From: Clostridia bacterium
GTDB taxonomy: Bacteria > Bacillota > Clostridia > Oscillospirales > SIG627
Direction: 5' to 3'
NCBI GenBank assembly: GCA_017439965.1
Contig: JAFSID010000013.1
Span: 1-56,292, forward strand
DNA: 56,292 nucleotides
Part shown: positions 10,939 through 20,161 of the stretch, in pieces
How positions within the stretch are numbered: the first letter of the stretch is position 1
Layout of the letters: every line of letters begins with the position of its first letter
Notes under the pieces: model-generated
What the model was told of the DNA's origin: nothing
Database searches by the model: none
Seen by the model: the letters and a program-made list of their open reading frames with translations, nothing else
Translations under genes and position numbers: made by a program

Positions 10939-12049
10939 GGGCGTATATATTCACTACCCATTCTGTGATGCAAAGTGTCTTTACTGTGATTTTTATTCCA
11001 CGTCCGACACAAGAAAAAGAGAATTATACGAAGAAGCGCTGGTAACGGCGCTTCTGTCATATAAGGAGAAAGGCATCACGGCGGATACCGTCTTTTTCGG
11101 CGGAGGCACTCCGAGTCTTATGACCGAGGAGGGCGCAAAAAGGGTATTTTCCGCCTTGCGCGAGGCGTTCAATATCACGGATAACGCCGAAATAACACTT
11201 GAAGCAAACCCCTCAAGCCTTGCGGATTTTCCCGAAAGGCTCGGTCTTTTCCGCTCACTCGGAGTCAACCGATTAAGCCTTGGCTCACAGAGTATGCAAA
11301 AAAACGAGCTTGAGGCTCTCGGCAGACGGCATTCACCACTCGACGTTGAAAATACGGTGAAATGTGCAAGGAATATGGGATTTGACAACATTTCTCTTGA
11401 TTTAATGGTGCGCATCCCCCACCAGACCCTTGAGACGCTTGAGGATACGCTGAGCAAGGCGCTCGCTCTGTCACCCGAGCACCTCTCACTTTACACCCTT
11501 TCGATTGAGGAAAAGACTGTTTTCGGCGTAAGGCATAAGAAGGGGGATGACCTCAGCCTTGCGGATGAGGATACCGAGGAGGAAATGTGGGACAAGGTGT
11601 GTGACACCCTTTCCCGTCACGGCTTCGAGCATTACGAGGTCTCCAATTTTGCAAGAGACGGCAGAAGGTCGCGCCATAATCTCAAGTATTGGCAAGCCGA
11701 GGAATACGTCGGTATCGGCGTGGCGGCTCACTCATATCTTGACCGAGAGCGCTTTTATTCTCCGAGCAGTATTGACGCGTTTCTTGAAAATCCGTTACGG
11801 CGTGACGGCGTTGAATATATCTCGGACAGTGAAGGGCTTGCCGAGTACGTTATGCTAAGTCTCCGTCTTTCCGACGGAATAAGCCTTGAGAAAATCACGC
11901 CGACTCCCGAATTTTACACGCTTGCAAAAAGGCTTGAGGAAAACGGTCTTGCAAGGCTGTCCGAAAGCACCCTCTCTCTTACCGAAAGAGGCTGGAGAGT
12001 GTCAAATTCAATCATCGAGGAAATACTCAATTCCCTAAAGCTTCTTTAA
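10931..12049 (+). CDS. hemW: Radical SAM heme chaperone HemW (HemN-like)
   Basis: Start reassigned to ATG 10931, overlapping the lepA end. [30 protein letters not shown] and HNLKYW motifs; lepA-hemW synteny. Confidence 0.9.
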   Translation: MNKGVYIHYPFCDAKCLYCDFYSTSDTRKRELYEEALVTALLSYKEKGITADTVFFGGGTPSLMTEEGAKRVFSALREAFNITDNAEITLEANPSSLADFPERLGLFRSLGVNRLSLGSQSMQKNELEALGRRHSPLDVENTVKCARNMGFDNISLDLMVRIPHQTLETLEDTLSKALALSPEHLSLYTLSIEEKTVFGVRHKKGDDLSLADEDTEEEMWDKVCDTLSRHGFEHYEVSNFARDGRRSRHNLKYWQAEEYVGIGVAAHSYLDRERFYSPSSIDAFLENPLRRDGVEYISDSEGLAEYVMLSLRLSDGISLEKITPTPEFYTLAKRLEENGLARLSESTLSLTERGWRVSNSIIEEILNSLKLL

Positions 12050-12090
12050 AGGGACTGTAAAGGCTTTTATGCCTTTTACAGTCCCTTTTT
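12048..12090. terminator. Bidirectional terminator
   Basis: AAAGGGACTGTAAA...TTTACAGTCCCTTTTT between convergent genes. Confidence 0.8.
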
Positions 12091-12101
12091 ACGTCTGCTT
12101 T

Positions 12102-12926
12102 TTATATTTTAATTCCGTAAAGCGCCCTTGCGCCGTCTATCAGCTCAAGGTCGTATTTAAGCGTACCGTTTTCCTCGGAAACACTTTCGATAAAGTCAAA
12201 ATATTCCGAAAGCACGTCGCTCGGTATATCCTCATTCCTTTTAGCTCTCAGCTCGTCAAAGGTGTATATCTCACCGTCATAATACAATGCAAGCGGGTTT
12301 TTTAAAGCCCTTTTAATCTCCTTAACGTCCTCAAGATACAAGGCGTCAATCGTGCTTTGTTGAAGCTCGTCACCGCCAAGCTCTTTATTTTTCCTTTCAA
12401 GCGCCTCCTTGGAGATGTCAAAAGCAACTATCATCATATATACGTTAGGCAATGCCTCCTGCTCCTCGGGAGAAAGCTTTAAGAAAACCTCGTTTACCCA
12501 TTTGTCACTCGCCTCACGGCCGACTATTTCATCGCAAATATATATATTGTACACCTCGTCGATATACTTTCGTGAAAAGGTAGGGTCTGAGCCTCCTATT
12601 GCGGGAGGAGTAATATCCGCACCGCTTGATACGGGAGTATTTTCGGGAGGTGTGTAGGGCTTTTCAATCTCGGGAACAATCGGATTTTCAACTATGGGAG
12701 GGTCTGTGGGAGTCTCAATGACGGGAGGCTCGGGCGGTACCTCTATCGGTGGCTTTGCCTTTGGATAGGCAAGTATTCCGATTATCGTTACAAGACAGAG
12801 ACACGCCGCAAGAGATACCCATTTTACAGACACGCGCCTGACTGTTATCTCCTTATCGGGAGAGGCATCCTCGATATACTCGGGTGAAACGTTACCGATA
12901 GCAAAAAGCAGATCCTTAACCTTCAT
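12102..12926 (-). CDS. Putative anti-sigma factor: single TM helix, Pro-rich linker, extracellular domain
   Basis: Start reassigned to ATG 12926 (4-bp overlap with the sigma stop). LLFAIGNVSPEYIEDA N-terminus, WVSLAACLCLV TM segment, PPEPP linker. Confidence 0.7.
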   Translation of the reverse strand: MKVKDLLFAIGNVSPEYIEDASPDKEITVRRVSVKWVSLAACLCLVTIIGILAYPKAKPPIEVPPEPPVIETPTDPPIVENPIVPEIEKPYTPPENTPVSSGADITPPAIGGSDPTFSRKYIDEVYNIYICDEIVGREASDKWVNEVFLKLSPEEQEALPNVYMMIVAFDISKEALERKNKELGGDELQQSTIDALYLEDVKEIKRALKNPLALYYDGEIYTFDELRAKRNEDIPSDVLSEYFDFIESVSEENGTLKYDLELIDGARALYGIKI

Positions 12927-13471
12927 ACAAAAAATCCCTCCTTCTCCAAAAACATTTTTAGTTTTCGTCTCATTCTGGAAAGCATCATCGCAACGGTGCT
13001 CTCCTTCATATTGAAATCTCTTGCAATCTCCGAAACGGTACACATATAAAAATATCTGCGCAGAAATATACGCCTTTTATCCCTTGACAGTCCGCCGAGA
13101 AATCGGTTGAGAGAATCCGAAAGCGCAACGCTCTCTCCTATATCCTCCCCCTCCGAGATACACTCGGAAAGCTCGTCGAGTGCAACGGCTGTCCGTCCGC
13201 CTCTCTTCTGAGCGTTGATATGCTCGTATCTGTTAAGCGAAAGCCGACGGGTTATCGTCCCGAGATAAGACTTCAACGGGTCGGGACGGCTTGGCGGTAT
13301 ACTGTTCCACGCCTTAAGGTAGGTATCGTTTACCACCTCTCCCGCATCCTCGTGGCTTGAGAGAATGTTATATGAGATACTGCGACAGTATCTTCCGTAT
13401 TTTTTGTCGGTTTCCTCAATTGCGCTCTCGTTTCTGTCAAAATACAGGTCGAGTATTCTGAAGTCCTCCAT
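12923..13471 (-). CDS. ECF-type sigma-70 factor
   Basis: Start ATG 13471 after AAAGGAG. DAGEVVNDTYLKAWNSIPP (region 2) and IFLRRYFY..SEIA..STV..LSRMRRKLK (region 4). Confidence 0.9.
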   Translation of the reverse strand: MEDFRILDLYFDRNESAIEETDKKYGRYCRSISYNILSSHEDAGEVVNDTYLKAWNSIPPSRPDPLKSYLGTITRRLSLNRYEHINAQKRGGRTAVALDELSECISEGEDIGESVALSDSLNRFLGGLSRDKRRIFLRRYFYMCTVSEIARDFNMKESTVAMMLSRMRRKLKMFLEKEGFFV

Positions 13472-13545
13472 ATTTTCAACTCCTTTCATATATAATAACA
13501 GAAAAACGTACAATTTCATCACACAAATTGTTTTTTTATAAAAAT

Positions 13546-13581
13546 TTCCCTATGCATCGGATTTTGATGATGCATAGGGAA
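13546..13581 (-). terminator. Terminator of the aroD-like operon
   Basis: TTCCCTATGCATC...GATGCATAGGGAA stem with a U-rich tail on the minus strand. Confidence 0.65.
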
Positions 13582-13585
13582 GCTT

Positions 13586-14461
13586 TTATTTGTTGGAAAT
13601 ATAAATACCGCCTGCAATAAAGAGGAAGGATAAAATATACTGCCACTGAAAAATATTTTCGTTTAACAGCATTGCGCCGAAAATACATGCAAACGCAGGC
13701 TCGGCAAACTTGATGATAAAGAGCCTCGACAGCTCTCCGCTTTTAACCACCGTAAACCAGATGCAATAGCTTACGACCGACGCTATGCAGATATAGACGA
13801 ACAGAAGCGAGGACAAAGATGCCGTAACCGTCATTGAGCCTCCCATTGCTCTTCCGATTATCGCAAGCACGATTCCGCCGAAAAGCTGGGATATTCCCGT
13901 TGCGGTAATCGGCTTTACCGTAACAAATACCTTTTTGCTTATAATACTTGAAAAGACACTGCAGAACGATGCGATGATTATAAGCAGGTCTCCGATATTG
14001 AAGCTTATGCCGTCAACGTTTAAATTGATGACGATAATTCCCGCAAAGCCGAGAAGCGCACCTATAAGCTTCTTAACGCTCAGCTTATCGTCCTTGAAAA
14101 AGAGAGAGGAAAAGCAAACGTAGAAAAGCACGCCAACCTGCTTGAGAATTGCGGTCTTTGAGCTGTCGGTAAGCTGAAGTGCCGAATAGGTGCACGCGTA
14201 ATGCAGTATTATGGAAAACAGTCCTGCAAGCAATATGGGAAGGATTGAGCTTTTAGCAGGCTTGAAGGACGCCTTGTCGGTGACGAGTGAAAAAAGACAT
14301 ATCACCCCTCCGCAAACGACGAAGCGCATACCTGCAAAAAAGAGTATATCACCCGTCGTGCTTATATCAAACGCAGAATAGCTGAGCTTGACCGTCGGAA
14401 ACAGCGTGCCCCATAAAAGCATTACGAAAAGGGACAATATAAGCGCTTTACTCTTTTGCAA
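13586..14461 (-). CDS. DMT/EamA-family transporter
   Basis: Probable TTG start at 14461 after AAGGTGG. About 10 TM segments; LLWG, AGMRF, GDLLII and EPAF motifs. Confidence 0.85.
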   Translation of the reverse strand: MQKSKALILSLFVMLLWGTLFPTVKLSYSAFDISTTGDILFFAGMRFVVCGGVICLFSLVTDKASFKPAKSSILPILLAGLFSIILHYACTYSALQLTDSSKTAILKQVGVLFYVCFSSLFFKDDKLSVKKLIGALLGFAGIIVINLNVDGISFNIGDLLIIIASFCSVFSSIISKKVFVTVKPITATGISQLFGGIVLAIIGRAMGGSMTVTASLSSLLFVYICIASVVSYCIWFTVVKSGELSRLFIIKFAEPAFACIFGAMLLNENIFQWQYILSFLFIAGGIYISNK

Positions 14462-15428
14462 TCTTAAGTACCACCTTACCGATATTTTCTCCGCGGTAAA
14501 GAATTGCGTGAGCCTCCTCCGCCTCCTCAATGGGAAGCACCTTATAAACCGAGGGCTTCATCTCACCGCTCTCAAGCTTGCACCACACGTTATTTACAAG
14601 CTCGGAAAGGAGCCACGCCTTGAACTCGGGAGTACGTTTTCTGAGCATACTTCCCACAAGATGAAGTCCCTTTGTGAGAAGAGGGCGAAGCTGTACGGTG
14701 GTCTCGATTCCCGCAAGAGTGGAAATTACCACCCAATAGCCTCCCTCCGCCATATACGGAAGGCTCTTGCCGAGGGTCTCACCCGAAAGACAGTCCATAG
14801 AAACGCTGACGGGAGTACCTCTCTCCTCCTCCGCCTTGAGAATCTCCTCAACACACTGAGTTGTGGAATTGATAATAACGTCCGCACCGAGAGGCTTTAT
14901 CTTTTCGGCAATCTCATCCGAAAGCACAGAGGTAATGACCCTTGCGCCGAATGCCTTTGCCATAGGAATTGCAACGCTTGCAAGACCTGAAGCACCTGCA
15001 GGAATAAAGGCAGTCTGACCTGCCTCAAGGTGTCCCTCGATAAACAAATTAAGATAGCTTGTAGCGTATGCCTCGGGAAGTGAGGATGCCTCCTCCATAG
15101 TAATCCCACGGGGGACGGGCATAAGCATATCGTGTTTTACGGCAACGTACTCGGCGTAGCCTCCGCCTCCGAGCAAAGCGCACACCTTGTCACCGAGCTT
15201 CCAATTGCTAACGCTCTTTCCTAACTCAACGATTTCTCCCGAAATCTCAAGACCCATCCACTCGGGACAGCCCTTGGGAGAGGGATATTTTCCTTCCCTC
15301 TGCAAGAGGTCGGCACGGTTAAGCGCCGCCGCATAAATTTTAACGAGCACCTCGTCGTCCTTTATGACGGGGTCGGGCACGTCGCTCCATACGAGATTTT
15401 TATCCTTATCAACGAGCATTGCCTTCAT
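14448..15428 (-). CDS. NAD(P)H-quinone oxidoreductase (MDR, PIG3/Qor type)
   Basis: AALNRADLLQREGKYP, GLEISG, ALLGGGGYAEY and GKVVL motifs. Confidence 0.9.
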   Translation of the reverse strand: MKAMLVDKDKNLVWSDVPDPVIKDDEVLVKIYAAALNRADLLQREGKYPSPKGCPEWMGLEISGEIVELGKSVSNWKLGDKVCALLGGGGYAEYVAVKHDMLMPVPRGITMEEASSLPEAYATSYLNLFIEGHLEAGQTAFIPAGASGLASVAIPMAKAFGARVITSVLSDEIAEKIKPLGADVIINSTTQCVEEILKAEEERGTPVSVSMDCLSGETLGKSLPYMAEGGYWVVISTLAGIETTVQLRPLLTKGLHLVGSMLRKRTPEFKAWLLSELVNNVWCKLESGEMKPSVYKVLPIEEAEEAHAILYRGENIGKVVLKIAKE

Positions 15429-15429
15429 A

Positions 15430-16203
15430 TCAGTCCGTTCCTTTCATAGAAAGAGTTCTTCCGCCGTCAACGATATAGGTCTGACCCGTAATCATTCTCG
15501 CCTTATCGGATGCGAGATACTCAACCATATAGGCAATATCCTCACCCGTACACATTTCACCGAGGAGGTTTGTTTCGTATGCATACTTGTGACCCTCGGG
15601 AGTTGAAACGTCAACCTCGGGACGACAAACGACACCGGGCGCTACTGCGTTTACGGTTATCTTATGAGGTCCAAGCTCCTTGGCAAGAGCCTTGGTAAGT
15701 GACATAACGCCACCCTTTGACGCAGCGTACTCGGTTGAGCCAACGAGACCGTTTACGCCGACGGTAGAGGCAAAATTGATAATTCTACCGCCCTCGCCCT
15801 GCTTAATCATTACGCGAGCTGCGGCACGGCTTGCGTAGAATGCTCCGTAAAGATTGACCTTAAGCACCTTGTCGATGACCTCGTCCTCCTGGTCAACGAG
15901 CTGTGCATACTTACCGGGACCCGCAAGTCTTGCGCTACCGCCTGCAACGTGTACCATAATATCAAGTCTGCCAAACGCCTTAACAGTTTCGTCAACCGCT
16001 TCGTTGACCTCGGCAGAATTTGTAACGTCGTAAACGAGTCCTATTGCCTCTCCTCCGTTTTCACGGATTTGATTTACAACCTTATCAACTGCCTCACGGT
16101 TAATATCTCCCACTGCAACGGCAATTCCCGCCCTTGCAAGAGTAATTGCGGTCGCAGTACCGATATAGCCTGCACCTCCCGTAATAAATGCAACCTTTTT
16201 CAT
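15430..16203 (-). CDS. SDR-family NAD(P)-dependent oxidoreductase
   Basis: TGGAGYIG, YAASKGG, VNAVAPG and VDGG motifs. Confidence 0.92.
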   Translation of the reverse strand: MKKVAFITGGAGYIGTATAITLARAGIAVAVGDINREAVDKVVNQIRENGGEAIGLVYDVTNSAEVNEAVDETVKAFGRLDIMVHVAGGSARLAGPGKYAQLVDQEDEVIDKVLKVNLYGAFYASRAAARVMIKQGEGGRIINFASTVGVNGLVGSTEYAASKGGVMSLTKALAKELGPHKITVNAVAPGVVCRPEVDVSTPEGHKYAYETNLLGEMCTGEDIAYMVEYLASDKARMITGQTYIVDGGRTLSMKGTD

Positions 16204-16224
16204 AATAAAATCTCCTTCAAAAAA

Positions 16225-17214
16225 CTATATATTCTCGCCTATTGCCTGCATAAGCGTTTTTTGTACCGCGAGGTCGTGAACGTAAAGCCTCTCGTCTCTT
16301 TTATCTCCGACGACAAGCTCGTAAAACTCGCGCATCATATCGTTATAGCGTGCTCGGGCGGGCATATCGGGTACGGTAATTTTCCGTCTTATGTCCGCAT
16401 AGGGATTGCAGGCAAAGTCAATGCTTGAAAAATACATTTCAACGTCAAGCTCAAGAGGCTTGATCTCAACCGTGCCACGACTACCCATTACCGCCATTCG
16501 TCTCATTCCCCAGCCGTTTACCTCGACCGAAAGATTCGTAATTTTCGCAATCGCCTTATCGTATTCAAGAACCACAAAGCAATTATCATCGGTATGCACG
16601 CCCTTAAAGTCTGTCTGCTTGATAAAGGAATGCACCTTATTCGGCTCACCGAGTATAAGATGGGCAAGGTCGATAAGATGACTTCCGAATATATACATAC
16701 TACCGCCCTTGAAGTGCTTGAGCCATTCACGGTATTGTGCAGAATGATAGGTGCTCATTTCAAGGTCAACCTGATATATCTCACCAAGCTCACCTGCCCG
16801 AATTATCTCAAGCGCTCTCTTGATTGCGGGATTGTGTCGGTACATATAGCCCATATGCACGATGAGATTCTTCTCTTTTGCCGTTTCTATAAGATAGGTA
16901 AACTCCTCAAGCGTACCGCTTGCCGGCTTGTCAATATGCACGTGCTTACCTGCATCAACGCACCGTTGTGCCCATTTTGTCAAATTCCAGACGTCACACT
17001 CAATGCATACGGCGTCGCATTTTTCTATAAGCTCGTCCACCTCAAGCCTCGGCACGCCCTCATAGGCTTCAAGTCCGCCACGCTTTTCTACCCATTCCTC
17101 ATCGGGCTCGGCGTAGCCGACGATTTCAAAGCACTCGGGGTTGTGCTTCATACCGAGCATATGTCCCTCGGCATGATTGTGACCTATGCCGAGCTGACCT
17201 ATCTTTATTTTCAT
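16225..17214 (-). CDS. Gfo/Idh/MocA-family oxidoreductase
   Basis: GIGHNH Rossmann start, GKHVHIDKP, GYMYRHNP and GSHLID motifs. Confidence 0.9.
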   Translation of the reverse strand: MKIKIGQLGIGHNHAEGHMLGMKHNPECFEIVGYAEPDEEWVEKRGGLEAYEGVPRLEVDELIEKCDAVCIECDVWNLTKWAQRCVDAGKHVHIDKPASGTLEEFTYLIETAKEKNLIVHMGYMYRHNPAIKRALEIIRAGELGEIYQVDLEMSTYHSAQYREWLKHFKGGSMYIFGSHLIDLAHLILGEPNKVHSFIKQTDFKGVHTDDNCFVVLEYDKAIAKITNLSVEVNGWGMRRMAVMGSRGTVEIKPLELDVEMYFSSIDFACNPYADIRRKITVPDMPARARYNDMMREFYELVVGDKRDERLYVHDLAVQKTLMQAIGENI

Positions 17215-18035
17215 ATCATTCCACCGATTTTCTTCATTCCGTCAATTATCTGACGAGTGGTCTTCAAATCGAGCTGTCCCATCGTACTGCGCTCGTTATA
17301 CCTATCAACGCAGAATATCATATGACCGCCGAGAATGGGGTTGATGATTCTCGAAAGGTCTCCCTTCGCGCCTCCCGCGTGGAAGGAAACGGCGGTCTTA
17401 ACCTCCTTCTTCAACGCCTTCATAGTCTTAAAGGCTTCAATAAGCTCCTCGTCGGTCTCGGCAAAAGTGACCAATTTTATAACGTCGGGATTTCTCTTTT
17501 CAAGGAAAAGAGCAAGATCCACCACCTGCTCACAGCTCATAACCCTTGCAGGATGGCAGGATAAAAGCACCTCGGCGCCGTGTCCGTGTACCCACTCGAT
17601 AAGCTCGCACTGCTTATCAATTATTGCCGAATCGGTTACGACCTCGCAGGGCTTGACCGAGGCAAAGGAATACCCCTCGTCCCCGAGATATTGAGTCTTT
17701 GACTCAGCGTGAAAGGTGTAGCCCTGCATATCAATACCTGCCGCACCTGCCTCGATGGCACGCTTAAAGCTTGCGACTCTCTCCTCCTCGGTAAGATTTA
17801 AGGGCTGAAGCCTTGCGTCAAGATTATAATTAAGCGCAAGAATGGGCAAGGGCGTGCTGTCCACGATTCTTTTAAGCACCTCAACGTCGGAGCTTTCAAG
17901 GAAAGACATATGCAAATCTATCATATCTGCTCCGTCAAAATAACAATTTTTAATCTCGGCAATCGCCGAAAGCTCGTTTGCTTCTCTTACAACGCCTGCA
18001 AGCGCAGGAGTTCTGACAGTAGTAATTTTTTTCAT
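17211..18035 (-). CDS. Type I 3-dehydroquinate dehydratase-like (AroD-like) TIM-barrel protein
   Basis: GADMIDL, VLLSCH (catalytic His position), PDVIKLV (Schiff-base Lys position), LSRI and GQLDL; divergent member. Confidence 0.65.
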   Translation of the reverse strand: MKKITTVRTPALAGVVREANELSAIAEIKNCYFDGADMIDLHMSFLESSDVEVLKRIVDSTPLPILALNYNLDARLQPLNLTEEERVASFKRAIEAGAAGIDMQGYTFHAESKTQYLGDEGYSFASVKPCEVVTDSAIIDKQCELIEWVHGHGAEVLLSCHPARVMSCEQVVDLALFLEKRNPDVIKLVTFAETDEELIEAFKTMKALKKEVKTAVSFHAGGAKGDLSRIINPILGGHMIFCVDRYNERSTMGQLDLKTTRQIIDGMKKIGGMI

Positions 18036-18181
18036 AAACTCACCTCGGTTAAATTATGCATTACAATGTATAATTTGTAAATATCACATTTGATGTTTTT
18101 ATCAATTATGATACAAAACTGTTGACTATTTCTGATTTTAGAGTTATTATTAACTTGCAATATCAAATGTTGAGGTGTTTT

Positions 18182-18937
18182 ATGAGTCAAAGTGTTTTAT
18201 CAAATCTGATTATCAAGCGCGTACTTTCGACCACAAAGCTTTTTACCGCCGAGGGAGTACATTACAAAAAGGGAAAAAGACCTGGATGGGCGCTCGTTTT
18301 AAAATACGAGGGAGAAACCGTATACAAGCAAAACGGTAAGGAAACGGTCTCCGATGCTTCAAGCCTCATCATTCTTCCGAAGGGATGCATTTACGAATGG
18401 ACCTGCACGAAATCGGGACATTTTATTATAACCGAATTTGAGAGTGACCTTGAGTGTGAAAGCATTATATGCTTTCCCGTCAAAAGCTCGGACAAGTATC
18501 TCCAACAGCTTCAAAGACTTGAATACATTATGACGCTAAACACACCCACCGTACAGCTTGAAGCAATACGCGACGTCTACTCAATACTGCTCTCGCTCAT
18601 TCAACGCTCAAATGCGTATATGCCAACCGACAAGCTTACGAAAATCGCTCCTGCACTTGAGTATATTGCCAAGCATTACGACACACAGATAACCAACGAC
18701 GAGCTTGCAGAGCTTACGGGGCTTTCCTGCGTTTACTTCCGCAAGCTTTTCGGTGAGGTTATAGGAGAGTCTCCCATAGCCTACGCACACGGTCTGCGTA
18801 TAAAAAAGGCTTGTGAGATGCTGAAGAGTGACTTCGGCAGTATTGCCGACGTGGCTCAGACTCTCGGATATTCCAACATCTACGATTTTTCAAGGGATTT
18901 TAAAAAGCACACCGGTAAACCGCCATCTAAATATTAA
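18182..18937 (+). CDS. AraC-family transcriptional regulator
   Basis: ATG 18182 after GAGGTG. C-terminal double HTH (YFRKLF, GYSNIYDFSRDFKKHTGKPPSKY). Divergent from the aroD-like operon. Confidence 0.92.
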   Translation: MSQSVLSNLIIKRVLSTTKLFTAEGVHYKKGKRPGWALVLKYEGETVYKQNGKETVSDASSLIILPKGCIYEWTCTKSGHFIITEFESDLECESIICFPVKSSDKYLQQLQRLEYIMTLNTPTVQLEAIRDVYSILLSLIQRSNAYMPTDKLTKIAPALEYIAKHYDTQITNDELAELTGLSCVYFRKLFGEVIGESPIAYAHGLRIKKACEMLKSDFGSIADVAQTLGYSNIYDFSRDFKKHTGKPPSKY

Positions 18938-18942
18938 ACGAA

Positions 18943-18970
18943 GAAAGCCGTCTCTTGCGAGACGGCTTTC
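18943..18970. terminator. Bidirectional terminator
   Basis: GAAAGCCGTCTC-TTGC-GAGACGGCTTTC between convergent genes. Confidence 0.8.
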
Positions 18971-18981
18971 AACCATAATTT

Positions 18982-20160
18982 TTAATTTTTATACACCGTT
19001 TTTCCGCCGACAACCGTCATTTTTACGTTGATATCGCTGTCGAAAAGCACGAGGTCGGCACGAAGCCCTCTTTCAAGGCTACCTGTTTCACCGTCGATTC
19101 CGATAAGCCTTGCAGGGTTTGAGGTCATCATCTGTATAGCCTCGACGATAGGCACGCCTACCGTCTTGTACATAGTGCGGACGAGTCTGTCTGCGGTACA
19201 AACGCTGCCTGCAAACGCCGAGCGGTCGGGAAGCTTTGCAACGCCGCCCTCGATTATACAGCGCAAACCTGTTTCACGGTTACCGAGCACGGTTTCACCG
19301 TCGGGCATTCCCGCACCTCTCATAGAATCGGTAACGAGTGCGATGCGGTCAACTCCCTTGAGCTTGTAAATCATCAAAAGAAGCTCACGGGGAAGATGGT
19401 GACCGTCGGCAATAACCTCGACGTTCATACCGTCAATAAGATAACCGCTCTCGATAACTCCGAGTCTGCGATAGCCGTCAACACGGGTAATGGTGGACAT
19501 TCCGCTGTAAAAGTGGGTCATAAGCTCAACGCCGTTATCATAAGCCTTCTCAACGTCAGCGTAAACAGCGTTGGAATGACCGATTGAAGCAATAATCCCC
19601 TGCTTCTTGAGATATGCGGCAAACTCATCCGCACCCTCAAGCTCGGGGGCAAGTGTCCAACGGATTATCGCTCCGTTTGACATTTCCACAATATACCCGT
19701 AATCCTCGGGAGTGGGCTTACGGATATATCTCGGGTCCTGAGCGCCTGCCTGCTCGGGAGAAAGATAGGGACCCTCCATATGAATACCGACCAGCCTTGC
19801 GCCGAGATGCTCGGAGTCACGCGCCTTGGCAAAGCATTCAAAAGCCCTTACAACGTCCTCAACGGGCCCCGTCGTAATGGTGGGCACGAGAGTGGTAGTA
19901 CCGTGCTTTGCATGAAGCTCTGCGGGAATTATATAGGACTCAACACCGCCGTCATTAAAATCGGCGTCTCCGCCGCCGTGACAGTGTATGTCAACGAAGC
20001 CCGCCGACAAAAATCTGCCCTCGGCATCAATGAGATTACCCTCAAGAGTCGGAGCACCCTCTCCGACACCGATTATAATTCCGTTTTCATAGGCAACGTA
20101 GCCCTGCTCAATAACTCTGTCGGATACGATAACTCGCGCGTTGTAAATAATGGTTTTCAT
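18982..20160 (-). CDS. nagA: N-acetylglucosamine-6-phosphate deacetylase
   Basis: GFVDIHCHG, HMEGPY, TLAPE, GHSNA, THFYSGM, IADGHH, VTDSM and AGS motifs. Confidence 0.9.
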   Translation of the reverse strand: MKTIIYNARVIVSDRVIEQGYVAYENGIIIGVGEGAPTLEGNLIDAEGRFLSAGFVDIHCHGGGDADFNDGGVESYIIPAELHAKHGTTTLVPTITTGPVEDVVRAFECFAKARDSEHLGARLVGIHMEGPYLSPEQAGAQDPRYIRKPTPEDYGYIVEMSNGAIIRWTLAPELEGADEFAAYLKKQGIIASIGHSNAVYADVEKAYDNGVELMTHFYSGMSTITRVDGYRRLGVIESGYLIDGMNVEVIADGHHLPRELLLMIYKLKGVDRIALVTDSMRGAGMPDGETVLGNRETGLRCIIEGGVAKLPDRSAFAGSVCTADRLVRTMYKTVGVPIVEAIQMMTSNPARLIGIDGETGSLERGLRADLVLFDSDINVKMTVVGGKTVYKN

Positions 20161-20161
20161 T

